Shown here piece by piece: positions 8,214 to 17,972 of a stretch of DNA of 64,000 bases. The DNA comes from Candidatus Kaiserbacteria bacterium (GTDB taxonomy: Bacteria; Patescibacteriota; Minisyncoccia; Phycocordibacterales; Phycocordibacteraceae), in NCBI GenBank assembly GCA_027451665.1, contig DAIDIW010000001.1:159773-223772 (forward strand), read 5' to 3'. The notes below the pieces were generated by a model that was not told where the DNA came from, made no database searches, and saw only the letters and a list, made by a program, of their open reading frames with translations. A program made the translations under genes and the position numbers. The stretch's first letter is position 1. Every line of letters starts with the position of its first letter.

Positions 8214-11200
8214 ATGAATCGCTTTACGCTCGTGCCCGTTTCTCTCTCTGCGCTTCTCTTTGTCGCCGGGATGTTTTTCCCGCTCACGACGATGGCGGCT
8301 TCGGTCTCGCCGGGAGATGTCGTTATTAATGAGTTCGTCTCCAACAATAACCCGAGTTCCGAATGGGTCGAGCTCTATAACACGACCGCTACTGCGGTTG
8401 ATGTGAACGGTTGGAAGCTTCAGGACCTTACCTTTACCAGCGACGTCCCGACTGGATTCGCAACGACGACCATTGATGCGACCGACGCCTTCACGGTGTC
8501 CGGTACGGCGACGACCTCGGCGACGACGATACCCGCTAACGGCTACCTGGTCGTAGACGTGAGCGGGCTGAATAACGGCGGCGACAGCATCTCGCTCTGG
8601 AACGCCACGGGCACAAAATATGATGCGGTGACGTATGGCTCGGTTTCCGGCTATACGTCGGATGTTGCCGCGCCCTCCTACGGCTATGCGGCGTATCGCG
8701 GTCCCGACGGCTCAAGCCATTGGTACCTTACGGCAACGCCCACGCAGGGCACGGAAAATACCCCCGTTATAAACGTCTCCAATACCGCAGGCCTCCTCTC
8801 GGCGCTCTCTAGTGCCCCTGCTGGCAGCACGATCATGCTTGCGGACGGCACCTATACGCTCTCGAGCACGCTCGAGATCCCGACCGCGCTCACACTCGAA
8901 GGCGCGAGCGAAGCGGGTACCGTGATCGATGCGTCTTCGGTGAGTGGCTATGCCGTGCATACGCAAGCGAGCAATGTAACGATAGAGAACCTGACCGTGA
9001 AGGGTAATCCATCCTCATCCTCTGGCAGCTATGGTCTCAAAATTGAAGGTACGACCCCGAACTCCATGCCGGGTTCGACGAGCGACGGCGTGCGAAGCAC
9101 GAATATCACTGTGCAGAACGTTACCGTCAATGATTCTTACCGGACTGGCGTGGATCTAAACGGTGTGAACGGTGTGACCCTCACGAACGTTACTGTGACG
9201 AATGTCGGAAAGGGCACAGGAATTGGTCTCACCGATGTCGATAACGCGACGCTTTCTGGCATCACGACTTCGGGCAACGCGTGGGGCGGGATCGCCGTCT
9301 ACGCATACGGAAAATACTATCCGGGAGGTTCGAGCGACATCACGCTTACCGGTACGAATAGCATAGGCGAAACCACGCTGCCTCTCTTCGGCTTCCGTAC
9401 GGAAGTCGATAACAGCGCGTACCAGATCACAAACGTCCATGTACCATCGAGCCTCTTCCCGTATGCGGTAGGTCTCCCCTCCTACTCGGCCGGTGCGACC
9501 GTGGCGTACGTTACGAATCTTTCGGACGCAGAGACGGTCGCCGCAAGCGAATCGACGGACTCATACATCACTGCAACTGCCGACGGCAGCCTCTACGTCG
9601 TCCCCGGCCTTTCTATCCAGGCGGCGGTAAATGGAGCGGCTTCCGGCGCGACCGTGCACATCGCGGCGGGCACGTATACGGAGCAGGTATCGATCGATAA
9701 GAATCTCACGCTCATGGGCGAAGGCACGTCGACGGTCATCGCGTCGCCCGACACGCTTTCGACGTCCTTCTCGACTGCCTCCGGAGCACGCAAGGCGGTC
9801 GTGTTTGCGACAGACGCGAATGACGTGAACATCACGAATCTTGAGGTCGATGGGCTCGGGAAGGGTAACGCGAACGGCAGCTTCATGGGTATCGCGTTCT
9901 ACAACGCCGGCGGTTCTATCGCCTCGACCACGGTCACCGCCGTGCGGGAGACGCCGTTCAACGGCGACCAGCAGGGGAATGCCATCTATGCCTACAATGA
10001 TGCAACGAGTACCGCGCTCTCCATCACGGACAATCTCGTGAGTGACTTCCAGAAGAACGGCATCACCACGAACGGAAGCGGCTTGACCGCGACGATCTCC
10101 GGCAACACGGTGACGGGCCAGGGTGCGACCGCAGTTACCGCCCAGAACGGCATACAAGTCGGTTTCGGCGCAGTCGGTACCGTTACCGGAAACACAGTGA
10201 ACGGAATCTACTGCCTCTATGCGAGCGTGGGCGACAACTGTACGCTCATGCCGACCGCGACCTCAACGGCAGCTGATGGCGCGGCGGCGGTGCTTCTCTA
10301 CTCGCCCGGTTCTTCCGCTACAACGACCGTGAACGACAACACCATTACCGGAAGCCAATACGGTATCTGGACGGTCGGCGCGTATGCGCTCGACGTTGAG
10401 GGGAATGCAATCACCGGCACGACGACACCGGGCAATAATTCGACCGGTGTCGCGATATGGAGCTCGGATCAATCGGGTGCCACGGAAACGAGCACTACCG
10501 GGACGATTGCCCATAATACGATTACCGACGCGGCGTATGGCGTCCTCGTACGTGATTACACGAGCGGTCCGCCAAGCCCCGCAGTGACCATAGGCACCAA
10601 TACCTTTACGAATGTCTCGGCGCCTTTGTGGACGAACACGACGCTCCAGTTCTCTGATGTCGCGGTTGAGGCAAGTTGGGCGGGCGCGGCGACGAGCACG
10701 GCGGAGACGCTCGGCGGTACGACGTACTACTACGGCGTGAATGCGTTCCCGACTATCACACAAGGCCTTGCTGCTACCGCTGCCGGTGGAACGATCCATG
10801 TCGGTGCGGGAACGTATCCAGAGAGCCTCTCAATTTCACAGTCTGTGACGCTCGACGGCGCGCAAGCAGGAGTCGATGCGCGAACGCGTGACGTGGGTGG
10901 TGCCCAAGATGCCCAAGAGTCGATCCTCTCGGTAAGTTCCGGGAATGCGATAACGGTTCACGCGGGAACCGTGACTATCGATGGTTTCAAGTTTGAGCAG
11001 AGCGGGACGGGCGCCGGCATCACCGTGCTCGGCGGCAGCGGGGATGTGATCAAGAATTCAATCTTCTCGAGCCCGAACGGCTATGCGGCTGACGGTATCT
11101 TCTCTGCGGCGACCCTGGACCACAATCGGGTCGAAGATTCGAAGATTGGGTTCGAGGCGAATAGTGCGGCTGCGAACGATACTACGATCACTGCGAATCT

Positions 11201-13052
11201 CTTCGATAATTCAAGCGACTACGATATCAACTTCATCGAAGGCGGAAGCGGTATAACGGTCTCGGATAACGAACGCATGGGCGGCGGCGCCGGAAACTTC
11301 ATCGTCCTTTTCAAGACGACGGGAGCAAACGTAACTGGTAACCAATCAACAAGCGCGATCACCTCTTCCGCGATCTTTGTGGGAGGCGGTACGAGCGACA
11401 CAACCATCAGCGGCAATACGCTAACAGGCGGAACGGCGACCGCTGTGAACATCAGCAACATTATCGGTGCGCCGAATACGGGGACGCTCGTAATCGCTCA
11501 TAACGATCTCTCCGGTAATGCGAAGGGTGTCTACGTTGCATCGAATGCGCTCGGGACGGGCGCGACGATAGACGTGCATGACAACAATCTCTCCGGTGAT
11601 ACCACTGCGGGTCTCGATAACGAAGCGTCTGCGTTCACAGTGGATGCTTCGCCTGATTGGTGGGGAGACTTGAGCGGGCCGGCAACCTCGACAAATCCGA
11701 CCGCGACCGGCTCAGCGATCGTGGGCACAGGCCCCGTGACCTATACGCCGTGGTACAAGGACGCCGCGATGACCACCTTGAAGTGGCCGGTGTATACGAG
11801 CGGAACCTCTGCGTCGACAACCATCGCAAGCGAGACGACGCTCACCGGAACGAGTACGACCGCAAGCAGCACGAGCGTTACGGTCACGATTCCGAGCGGC
11901 ACTACCGTAACGGGCAATAGCGCCTGGGACGGCACTATCATGGCGCCGACTGCGTCATCGACGACGCTCTCGCTCCCGGGCTCCACGGTTACCACGAGCG
12001 CGGCAATCACGGTCGGTTCGAGCCAATACGATCTGTACTTCAGCACGCCGGTGAAGCTCTTCTTCGCCGGTGAAGCCGGGAAAAGCGTCGGCTTCTATAA
12101 CGCGGCAGGAGTGTTCTCTCAGATTACGGAACACTGTGACGGTGTCGGCACGCCCACAGTTGGCGGTACGGCTCTGGCGACGACCTCGCCGGGTGAAGCG
12201 TGCAGCATTGCGGACGGTTCAGACCTCATCGTATGGACGACGCACTTCTCGACCTTCGTGACGTATACCTCGACACCGAACGCGCCGGTCATCTCGCCCG
12301 ACGGGGCGGTGTTCCACGGGACGGTGAACGTCACGATGGACGATACGGCAAGCAATGCCTACGTTCGATACACCACTGACGGCACCGATCCGACCTGTTC
12401 GACTGGTAGTGGATACGCGAATGGCCAGGTGCTGTCCTTCAGTGATGCCGTGACCCTGAAAGCCATTCGCTGCGAAACCGGCGGTACGGTGTACTCGACG
12501 ATCGCAAGCGCATCCTTCAGTCCTGCGGCAGGAGGGGGTTCGGGCGGCGGAGGTAGCAGCGGCGGCGGCGGTTCGGGCGGCGGAGGCGCAATCTCCCTGC
12601 CTCCCGTAACGCAGACGCAAACGTCTACGCAGAACCAGAACCAGAATCAGAATCAAAACCAGGGTGGAGAAGTGCTTGGTGCGGCTGCGTACAACTTCGC
12701 GCACAATCTTGCGCTTGGCGCACGCGGCACGGACGTCCTGCAGCTGCAGCAGTACCTTATTGCGGAAGGCTTCGACATTCCTGCGATTACGAAAGCGCAT
12801 GCGGCCTTCGGCTACTTCGGTAGCGAGACGAAGGCGGCGGTGATCGCCTTCCAGAAGGCAAACAAGATTGCTGCAACTGGTTATGTAGGACCGCTCACGC
12901 GCGCACTCCTCAACAAGGGCGTGATCAACACGACTCCCGAGCAGGCGACGAACCTGACGCAGTCTCAGGTGAACTCAATTCTCTCGGTCCTCGAGTCCTT
13001 CAATGTGGACCCTGCGACGCTCGCGAAGGTGAAAGCGGCGCTCGGACAATAG
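8214..13052 (+). CDS. Giant exported surface protein: lamin-tail domain, three parallel beta-helix modules, chitobiase/FN3-associated domain, peptidoglycan-binding domain
   Basis: Signal peptide; VVINEFVSN..EWVELYN (lamin tail); three xIQAAV..G.T..(A/G)GTY.E-like helix caps; YTTDGTDPT; Gly and QN linkers; DVLQLQQYL..GYFGSETKAAVIAFQ..TGYVGPLTR. Confidence 0.85.
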   Translation: MNRFTLVPVSLSALLFVAGMFFPLTTMAASVSPGDVVINEFVSNNNPSSEWVELYNTTATAVDVNGWKLQDLTFTSDVPTGFATTTIDATDAFTVSGTATTSATTIPANGYLVVDVSGLNNGGDSISLWNATGTKYDAVTYGSVSGYTSDVAAPSYGYAAYRGPDGSSHWYLTATPTQGTENTPVINVSNTAGLLSALSSAPAGSTIMLADGTYTLSSTLEIPTALTLEGASEAGTVIDASSVSGYAVHTQASNVTIENLTVKGNPSSSSGSYGLKIEGTTPNSMPGSTSDGVRSTNITVQNVTVNDSYRTGVDLNGVNGVTLTNVTVTNVGKGTGIGLTDVDNATLSGITTSGNAWGGIAVYAYGKYYPGGSSDITLTGTNSIGETTLPLFGFRTEVDNSAYQITNVHVPSSLFPYAVGLPSYSAGATVAYVTNLSDAETVAASESTDSYITATADGSLYVVPGLSIQAAVNGAASGATVHIAAGTYTEQVSIDKNLTLMGEGTSTVIASPDTLSTSFSTASGARKAVVFATDANDVNITNLEVDGLGKGNANGSFMGIAFYNAGGSIASTTVTAVRETPFNGDQQGNAIYAYNDATSTALSITDNLVSDFQKNGITTNGSGLTATISGNTVTGQGATAVTAQNGIQVGFGAVGTVTGNTVNGIYCLYASVGDNCTLMPTATSTAADGAAAVLLYSPGSSATTTVNDNTITGSQYGIWTVGAYALDVEGNAITGTTTPGNNSTGVAIWSSDQSGATETSTTGTIAHNTITDAAYGVLVRDYTSGPPSPAVTIGTNTFTNVSAPLWTNTTLQFSDVAVEASWAGAATSTAETLGGTTYYYGVNAFPTITQGLAATAAGGTIHVGAGTYPESLSISQSVTLDGAQAGVDARTRDVGGAQDAQESILSVSSGNAITVHAGTVTIDGFKFEQSGTGAGITVLGGSGDVIKNSIFSSPNGYAADGIFSAATLDHNRVEDSKIGFEANSAAANDTTITANLFDNSSDYDINFIEGGSGITVSDNERMGGGAGNFIVLFKTTGANVTGNQSTSAITSSAIFVGGGTSDTTISGNTLTGGTATAVNISNIIGAPNTGTLVIAHNDLSGNAKGVYVASNALGTGATIDVHDNNLSGDTTAGLDNEASAFTVDASPDWWGDLSGPATSTNPTATGSAIVGTGPVTYTPWYKDAAMTTLKWPVYTSGTSASTTIASETTLTGTSTTASSTSVTVTIPSGTTVTGNSAWDGTIMAPTASSTTLSLPGSTVTTSAAITVGSSQYDLYFSTPVKLFFAGEAGKSVGFYNAAGVFSQITEHCDGVGTPTVGGTALATTSPGEACSIADGSDLIVWTTHFSTFVTYTSTPNAPVISPDGAVFHGTVNVTMDDTASNAYVRYTTDGTDPTCSTGSGYANGQVLSFSDAVTLKAIRCETGGTVYSTIASASFSPAAGGGSGGGGSSGGGGSGGGGAISLPPVTQTQTSTQNQNQNQNQNQGGEVLGAAAYNFAHNLALGARGTDVLQLQQYLIAEGFDIPAITKAHAAFGYFGSETKAAVIAFQKANKIAATGYVGPLTRALLNKGVINTTPEQATNLTQSQVNSILSVLESFNVDPATLAKVKAALGQ
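12630..12662 (+). repeat. Coding 6-nt tandem repeat (QN)n
   Basis: CAGAAC/CAGAAT/CAAAAC units encoding QNQNQNQNQNQ. Confidence 0.7.
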
Positions 13053-13071
13053 CTGGTTCCACATCGGTCGC

Positions 13072-13103
13072 ACGACAACCCGCGCAGCCGCGCGGGTTGT
13101 CGT
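13072..13103 (+). terminator. Intrinsic terminator hairpin
   Basis: ACGACAACCCGCGC-AGCC-GCGCGGGTTGTCGT, perfect 14-bp stem. Confidence 0.7.
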
Positions 13104-13136
13104 TATCGTGAGTACATCGTAGAGTGAGATCACGGT

Positions 13137-14141
13137 ATGCGCTGGTGGCATCACCTCCACGACTACTTCCTCCCGCACGAGCGTAACGGTTTCCGGCCGC
13201 ACGTATTCGGGGTAACCTCGGTCGCAGCGCTAGCGATATTGATGCTCGTACTCGAGCTTGGGTTCCTCGCCCAGGTGAAGTTCGTGTTCCCGAACACGGA
13301 ATTTCTCGCCTCAGTGCTGCCAGGCGTTCTTGCCACTCTCACGAACGACGCGCGCGTGTCTGCCGGCGTCCCGGTGCTCACCCAGTCAGCGAAGCTTGAC
13401 GAAGCGGCGCGTCTTGCCGCTATCGATATGGCGGAGAAAGGGTATTTCGCGCATGTGTCTCCGGACGGGAAGACACCCTGGTACTGGCTCGGTCAGGTCG
13501 GGTATGCGTATTCCTACGCGGGCGAGAATCTCGCGGTGAACTTTTCCGATTCGCAAACGCTCCAGGCCGCGTGGATGGCCTCGCCTTCGCACGAGGCAAA
13601 CATCGTGAAGCCGCAATACACGCAGGTCGGCTTCGGCACGGCGGACGGGATGTATGAGGGGAAAGAGACAACATTTGTCGTCGAATTCTTCGCCACGCCG
13701 CTTGCTACGAGTACGAGGGAAGCAAAGCCCGCACCGATAGCCGCGACCGTCCCGGAAAAGGTGAAGCTCGCGTCTTCGACTGCCGCGATTCTCGGTGCCG
13801 CGACGCCGACGAGCGCAACGTCCGTTGTTACTTCTGTTCAAGCGCCGCGCGCGCCCGCAGCTGCACGCGCGGCACCGGTTTCCCATTGGACGGACTGGCT
13901 GCTCGCGTCGCCCTACTCGACGCTCGAATTCGTGCTCGCGCTGTTCTTTGCGATGATTGCAGGACTCGTTGCTGCGGCGATGGTGCGCCACTGGCGTCCG
14001 CCTCACCCGCATGTGGTGGTCGGCGGGGCGCTCCTGCTCGCGCTCTCTTTCGGGCTCCTCGCGCTAAATCCGATGCTCTCGGGACCGGTGCAAGTCTCCG
14101 CGGGCGTCCCGCATTTCGCGAGCGTACATGTGGCACCGTAG
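13137..14141 (+). CDS. CAP (SCP/YkwD) domain membrane protein
   Basis: DMAEKGYFAHVSP, AGENLA, WMASPSHEANI; N- and C-terminal TMs. Confidence 0.9.
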   Translation: MRWWHHLHDYFLPHERNGFRPHVFGVTSVAALAILMLVLELGFLAQVKFVFPNTEFLASVLPGVLATLTNDARVSAGVPVLTQSAKLDEAARLAAIDMAEKGYFAHVSPDGKTPWYWLGQVGYAYSYAGENLAVNFSDSQTLQAAWMASPSHEANIVKPQYTQVGFGTADGMYEGKETTFVVEFFATPLATSTREAKPAPIAATVPEKVKLASSTAAILGAATPTSATSVVTSVQAPRAPAAARAAPVSHWTDWLLASPYSTLEFVLALFFAMIAGLVAAAMVRHWRPPHPHVVVGGALLLALSFGLLALNPMLSGPVQVSAGVPHFASVHVAP

Positions 14142-14325
14142 TCAGAAGGTCTGGTTCCGTTTGTGTCCAAGATTGCGGACTTCCGCGACACGTCTCCCGC
14201 ACTGAGTATCGCTAAAGACGATACGCATGACCCGCGTTCGAAGACGTGTGTAACGTGAGTCCGCTGCGGAAGTAAATATGGCGCTTGCGTCTCTCTTACC
14301 GTGGTGGCCATGCTATATTCACGAT

Positions 14326-15354
14326 GTGATTCCGCTCGATAAGAACGAGAGCTATTGGCTCCTTGACGAGGAGCTCGTGCACGTAGCGAGTTCGTTCAAT
14401 CGGGACGTTTTCTCGCGCTACCCCTCCTACGACGATTTATTGGCGATGCTCGCGACCTATGCGGACATCCGGCAGGATTCGGTTCTCATGACGCCTGGTT
14501 CGGATGCGGCAATCGAGCTCATTGCGCGATCGTTTTCAGGAACTAAAGGCGTTCTACCCGTGCCGACATTCTATGGTTACGAGAAGATTCTTGATCGCGC
14601 AGGCGTTCAGACGATTCCAGTCTGCTACACCGAGGAAAGGGGATCCTTCCGATTTCCGTTCGAGGAGACAGTTAAGGCACTAGCAGATGCAAAAATACTG
14701 TTTCTCTGTCAGCCCAATAATCCGCTGGGTTCATCGATTCCCGAAGACCAGGTGAGAGAGCTCGTGCGTGAAGCGGGAAACCGAGGGGTTATGGTCGTAC
14801 TCGATGAGGCCTACTACGAGTTTTCCGGTCGCTCGATGGTGGCCGCTATGAAGGAGAATTCTCACCTCGTAATCACGCGTACGTTATCGAAAGGGTTCGG
14901 ACTATCGGGCGGCCGCATCGGTTATCTTCTCGCCGCTCCTGAGGTCGTCTCGAGATTCAAGACTCAGCTGCTCCCGTGGCCTATCGCGAACTTGAGCGTC
15001 TCGGCGGCGCGCGCCCTCCTCGGACGGGCAAGCGCGGTCAAGGCGCGTGTGCAGAAGGTCATCGAAGTTCGCGACACGTTCGCCGAAAGGCTTCGGACAC
15101 TGCCGACGTTCGTGGTCTATCCATCAGAGACAAACTTTCTACTCGTCAGGACCCCGGATGCAGATAGAGTAGTCGAAACCTGTACCGCAGCCGGAGTCCG
15201 TGTCGTCCCAGGGGAACCGATGAGTCGCTTTCCTGAAGCGCGTGCGCTCTTAAAAAACACGATTCGCATGGCAGTGCCTTCTCCTGAGGACACTACCATC
15301 GTCGAAGCAGCGTTCAGGGCGTCCTTCACAGAGGAGCCATTCACAAATTGCTAG
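14326..15354 (+). CDS. PLP-dependent class I/II aminotransferase (HisC/CobD-like)
   Basis: GSDAAI, CQPNNPLG, LDEAYYEF, RTLSKGFGLSGGRIGY (PLP Lys), PSETNFLL. Confidence 0.9.
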   Translation: MIPLDKNESYWLLDEELVHVASSFNRDVFSRYPSYDDLLAMLATYADIRQDSVLMTPGSDAAIELIARSFSGTKGVLPVPTFYGYEKILDRAGVQTIPVCYTEERGSFRFPFEETVKALADAKILFLCQPNNPLGSSIPEDQVRELVREAGNRGVMVVLDEAYYEFSGRSMVAAMKENSHLVITRTLSKGFGLSGGRIGYLLAAPEVVSRFKTQLLPWPIANLSVSAARALLGRASAVKARVQKVIEVRDTFAERLRTLPTFVVYPSETNFLLVRTPDADRVVETCTAAGVRVVPGEPMSRFPEARALLKNTIRMAVPSPEDTTIVEAAFRASFTEEPFTNC

Positions 15355-15374
15355 AGTGTGGTAATGTCACGCGT

Positions 15375-16922
15375 ATGCAATCGTCCGGCGTAAAGCCGAA
15401 GACGCGAACTCGGAGGGCTGCTCGCACGGCATTTTTCTATGCTGCACTCGAACACGCGGTTCCCGATCGTCAGAGTGCGGAGTGGATGAAGGTGCAGAGG
15501 ACTCATTTGACCTCTCTTTTTAAGAGAATGGCGGAAGGTGTTCCTGCCTATGGACGATTTTTGCGCCAGAACAAAATCAAGGTCGATCAGATTCACACGA
15601 TCGGTGATCTTGCGAATGTTCCGCTTACGAGTAAAAGCAACTATCTGCGCCAGAACGCGTTCCCAGATCTCTTCTGGGGCGGGAACCTAAAGAATTCGCA
15701 TATCCTTACCTCGACTTCGGGCTCAACAGGGAAGCCGACCTACTTCGCCCGTTCGCATGAGGTAGATGAGCACTCTTCGATAGTTCATGAGCTCATATTT
15801 CGTACAAGTTCGTTGAAACATAAGGAGTCAACGCTGGTCATCGTCTGCTTCGGCATGGGTGTATGGATCGGCGGCCTCATCACATACCAGGCGTTCGAAC
15901 TCATGAGTCGCCGAGGGTATCCGATCTCCATTCTCACACCGGGCATAAATAAGGCGGAGATCCTGAAGACATTGCGCGACCTGGCACCACATTATAAGCA
16001 GCTCATTCTTGCCGGTTATCCTCCGTTTCTCAAAGATGTGATTGATGAAGCGGTCGAGAGCGGTATTTCCTTCGACAAACACCGCGTCATGCTTCTTTTC
16101 GCTGCAGAAGCCTTTACGGAGAATTTTCGCGACCACGTGCTCGAGCGTGCCAACGTGCAAAATTCGCTTACGGATGCGGTGAACATTTATGGAAGTGCTG
16201 ATATTGGAACCATGGCCTTCGAGACGCCACTCTCCATTCTTGCACGTCGTCTCGCACTCAAGAACGAGAAACTCTTCGCGGAGCTTTTCCGGGGCACTAC
16301 CAAGACACCGACGCTGGCACAATATCTTCCGCAGTTTGTCTCGTTTGAGGCACCGAATGGCGAGATTCTTGTCTCCGGCGATAGTGCTCTACCGCTCATG
16401 CGATACTCCATCGGGGATCATGGGGGCGTCTACTCTTTTGCTGAGCTCTCTGAACGTTTCAAAACGCACGGCATAGATCTCAAGAGGGAAGCTCGCGCTG
16501 CAGGGATCGGTCCGCATATTCGCGAACTGCCCTTCGTTTATGTCTACGAACGCCTCGATCTCTCCACGACACTCTATGGACTGCAGATCTATCCCGAGAC
16601 GATTCGTGAAGTCCTGCTTGATAAGCGGTTCAACGAAGTACTTACTGGTAAGCTCTCACTCATAACAAAGTTTGATGAGGAGCAGAATCAATATCTGGAG
16701 ATAAACCTAGAGCTCAAACCGCATAAAGAGGCGGGAAAGGTTATCGCATCCGAAATCTCGACTGAGATTGTACGGAACCTGCGTGAAAAGAATTCTGAGT
16801 TCCATGAACTCTCAGACTTTCTCGGCAAGCGGTCTGAACCGCGCTTGGTCTTCTGGAAGTATGAAGACCCCCTCTACTTTAAACCGGGTATCAAGCAGGC
16901 TTGGGTAGTACGACCCTCGTAG
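15375..16922 (+). CDS. Phenylacetate-CoA ligase/F390 synthetase-like adenylate-forming enzyme
   Basis: STSGSTGKPT P-loop, LAGYPPFLKD, NIYGSAD, PLMRYSIGD. Confidence 0.85.
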   Translation: MQSSGVKPKTRTRRAARTAFFYAALEHAVPDRQSAEWMKVQRTHLTSLFKRMAEGVPAYGRFLRQNKIKVDQIHTIGDLANVPLTSKSNYLRQNAFPDLFWGGNLKNSHILTSTSGSTGKPTYFARSHEVDEHSSIVHELIFRTSSLKHKESTLVIVCFGMGVWIGGLITYQAFELMSRRGYPISILTPGINKAEILKTLRDLAPHYKQLILAGYPPFLKDVIDEAVESGISFDKHRVMLLFAAEAFTENFRDHVLERANVQNSLTDAVNIYGSADIGTMAFETPLSILARRLALKNEKLFAELFRGTTKTPTLAQYLPQFVSFEAPNGEILVSGDSALPLMRYSIGDHGGVYSFAELSERFKTHGIDLKREARAAGIGPHIRELPFVYVYERLDLSTTLYGLQIYPETIREVLLDKRFNEVLTGKLSLITKFDEEQNQYLEINLELKPHKEAGKVIASEISTEIVRNLREKNSEFHELSDFLGKRSEPRLVFWKYEDPLYFKPGIKQAWVVRPS

Positions 16923-16946
16923 ACTCACGCGTGGTACACTTTCTCC

Positions 16947-17972
16947 ATGTCAGCGGTAACGCTGGAATCTTTTGAGAAATCTTTCCCAGAGCAGGGGGCG
17001 CTCGAGTTGCAGATACGAGCACTTCTTACGGGCGCGATGCGCGCTCCGTCGACGCATAACAGCCAGCCGTGGCGGTTCCGGATTGTTGGGAATTCGGTTG
17101 AGGTGTTCCGTGACGAACGGGTCAAACTTCCGAATTCTGACAAGGATACGCAATATGCTCACGTAAGCATCGGGTTCCTGCTGCACCATATATACGTACT
17201 GGCGATGTATCTCGGTATGCAACCCGATATTTCTGTTGCGGGAGGAATGCCGCTCGCGACGGTTCGACTTTCTGCGGCGGGCAAATCGCGAGATACATCG
17301 ACGATGACGCTCGCGAACGCTCTTTTTGAACGTCGTAACCGACGCGGCGTTTTTACCGCTACCAAAATCCCAGACGATCTCCTGGCGCGTCTGGCCGCGG
17401 TCCAGTCCTTGCCTCCCGGTCTCCCTCCCGTCGTCCCGGCTGTGATCACAGATCAAACTAAAGCGGTTCGTATCGGCGAGCTTACGCTCAAAACTATGGA
17501 ACGCGTATACGAACGTACTGCTTTTCGTGCAGAAATGTCGCGCTGGATCGTTCCAACCGGCTCAGCGCGCAAGGACGGTATCCCAGGTTATTCGTTGAAT
17601 CTCCCGCGCCCTCTCTCCTGGCTCTTGCCGATGATGATCCGCTCGTTCAATATCGGTAAATTACCGGGTAAGGCGAGTGCTGCAGCACTTGCTTCTGCAC
17701 CAGCGATATTCGCGTTTGGTGCGGACAACGATCCGCGAGCGTGGCTTGCTATCGGCTTCACGTCCTCGCGTATTATTCTCGCACTGACTGCAGAGGGGTA
17801 CGATGCGTCTGTGTTTGTCGCGACTGCGGAATTGCCTGATATTCGCGAGGAGGTGACCAGGCTCTGCGGTCTAACAGAACCGTTGCGTTTTCTTTTTGCG
17901 GCAGGACAACTTGAAGGTGCTGCTGATTGGCAGACTCCACGGGTGCCATTAGAGGATAAGCTCATGCCATGA
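16947..17972 (+). CDS. Acg-type nitroreductase-fold flavoprotein
   Basis: AMRAPSTHNSQPWRF; ERRNRRG.F; C-terminal TPRVPLED. Confidence 0.8.
   Translation: MSAVTLESFEKSFPEQGALELQIRALLTGAMRAPSTHNSQPWRFRIVGNSVEVFRDERVKLPNSDKDTQYAHVSIGFLLHHIYVLAMYLGMQPDISVAGGMPLATVRLSAAGKSRDTSTMTLANALFERRNRRGVFTATKIPDDLLARLAAVQSLPPGLPPVVPAVITDQTKAVRIGELTLKTMERVYERTAFRAEMSRWIVPTGSARKDGIPGYSLNLPRPLSWLLPMMIRSFNIGKLPGKASAAALASAPAIFAFGADNDPRAWLAIGFTSSRIILALTAEGYDASVFVATAELPDIREEVTRLCGLTEPLRFLFAAGQLEGAADWQTPRVPLEDKLMP

Noticed and set aside
12530-12662. Gly-rich and QN repeats as CRISPR or contingency locus
   Set aside because: In-frame degenerate linker coding; no spacers or cas genes anywhere in the window
14326-15354. 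Calling the aminotransferase hisC
   Set aside because: No other his genes nearby; context points to a different pathway, so no symbol assigned
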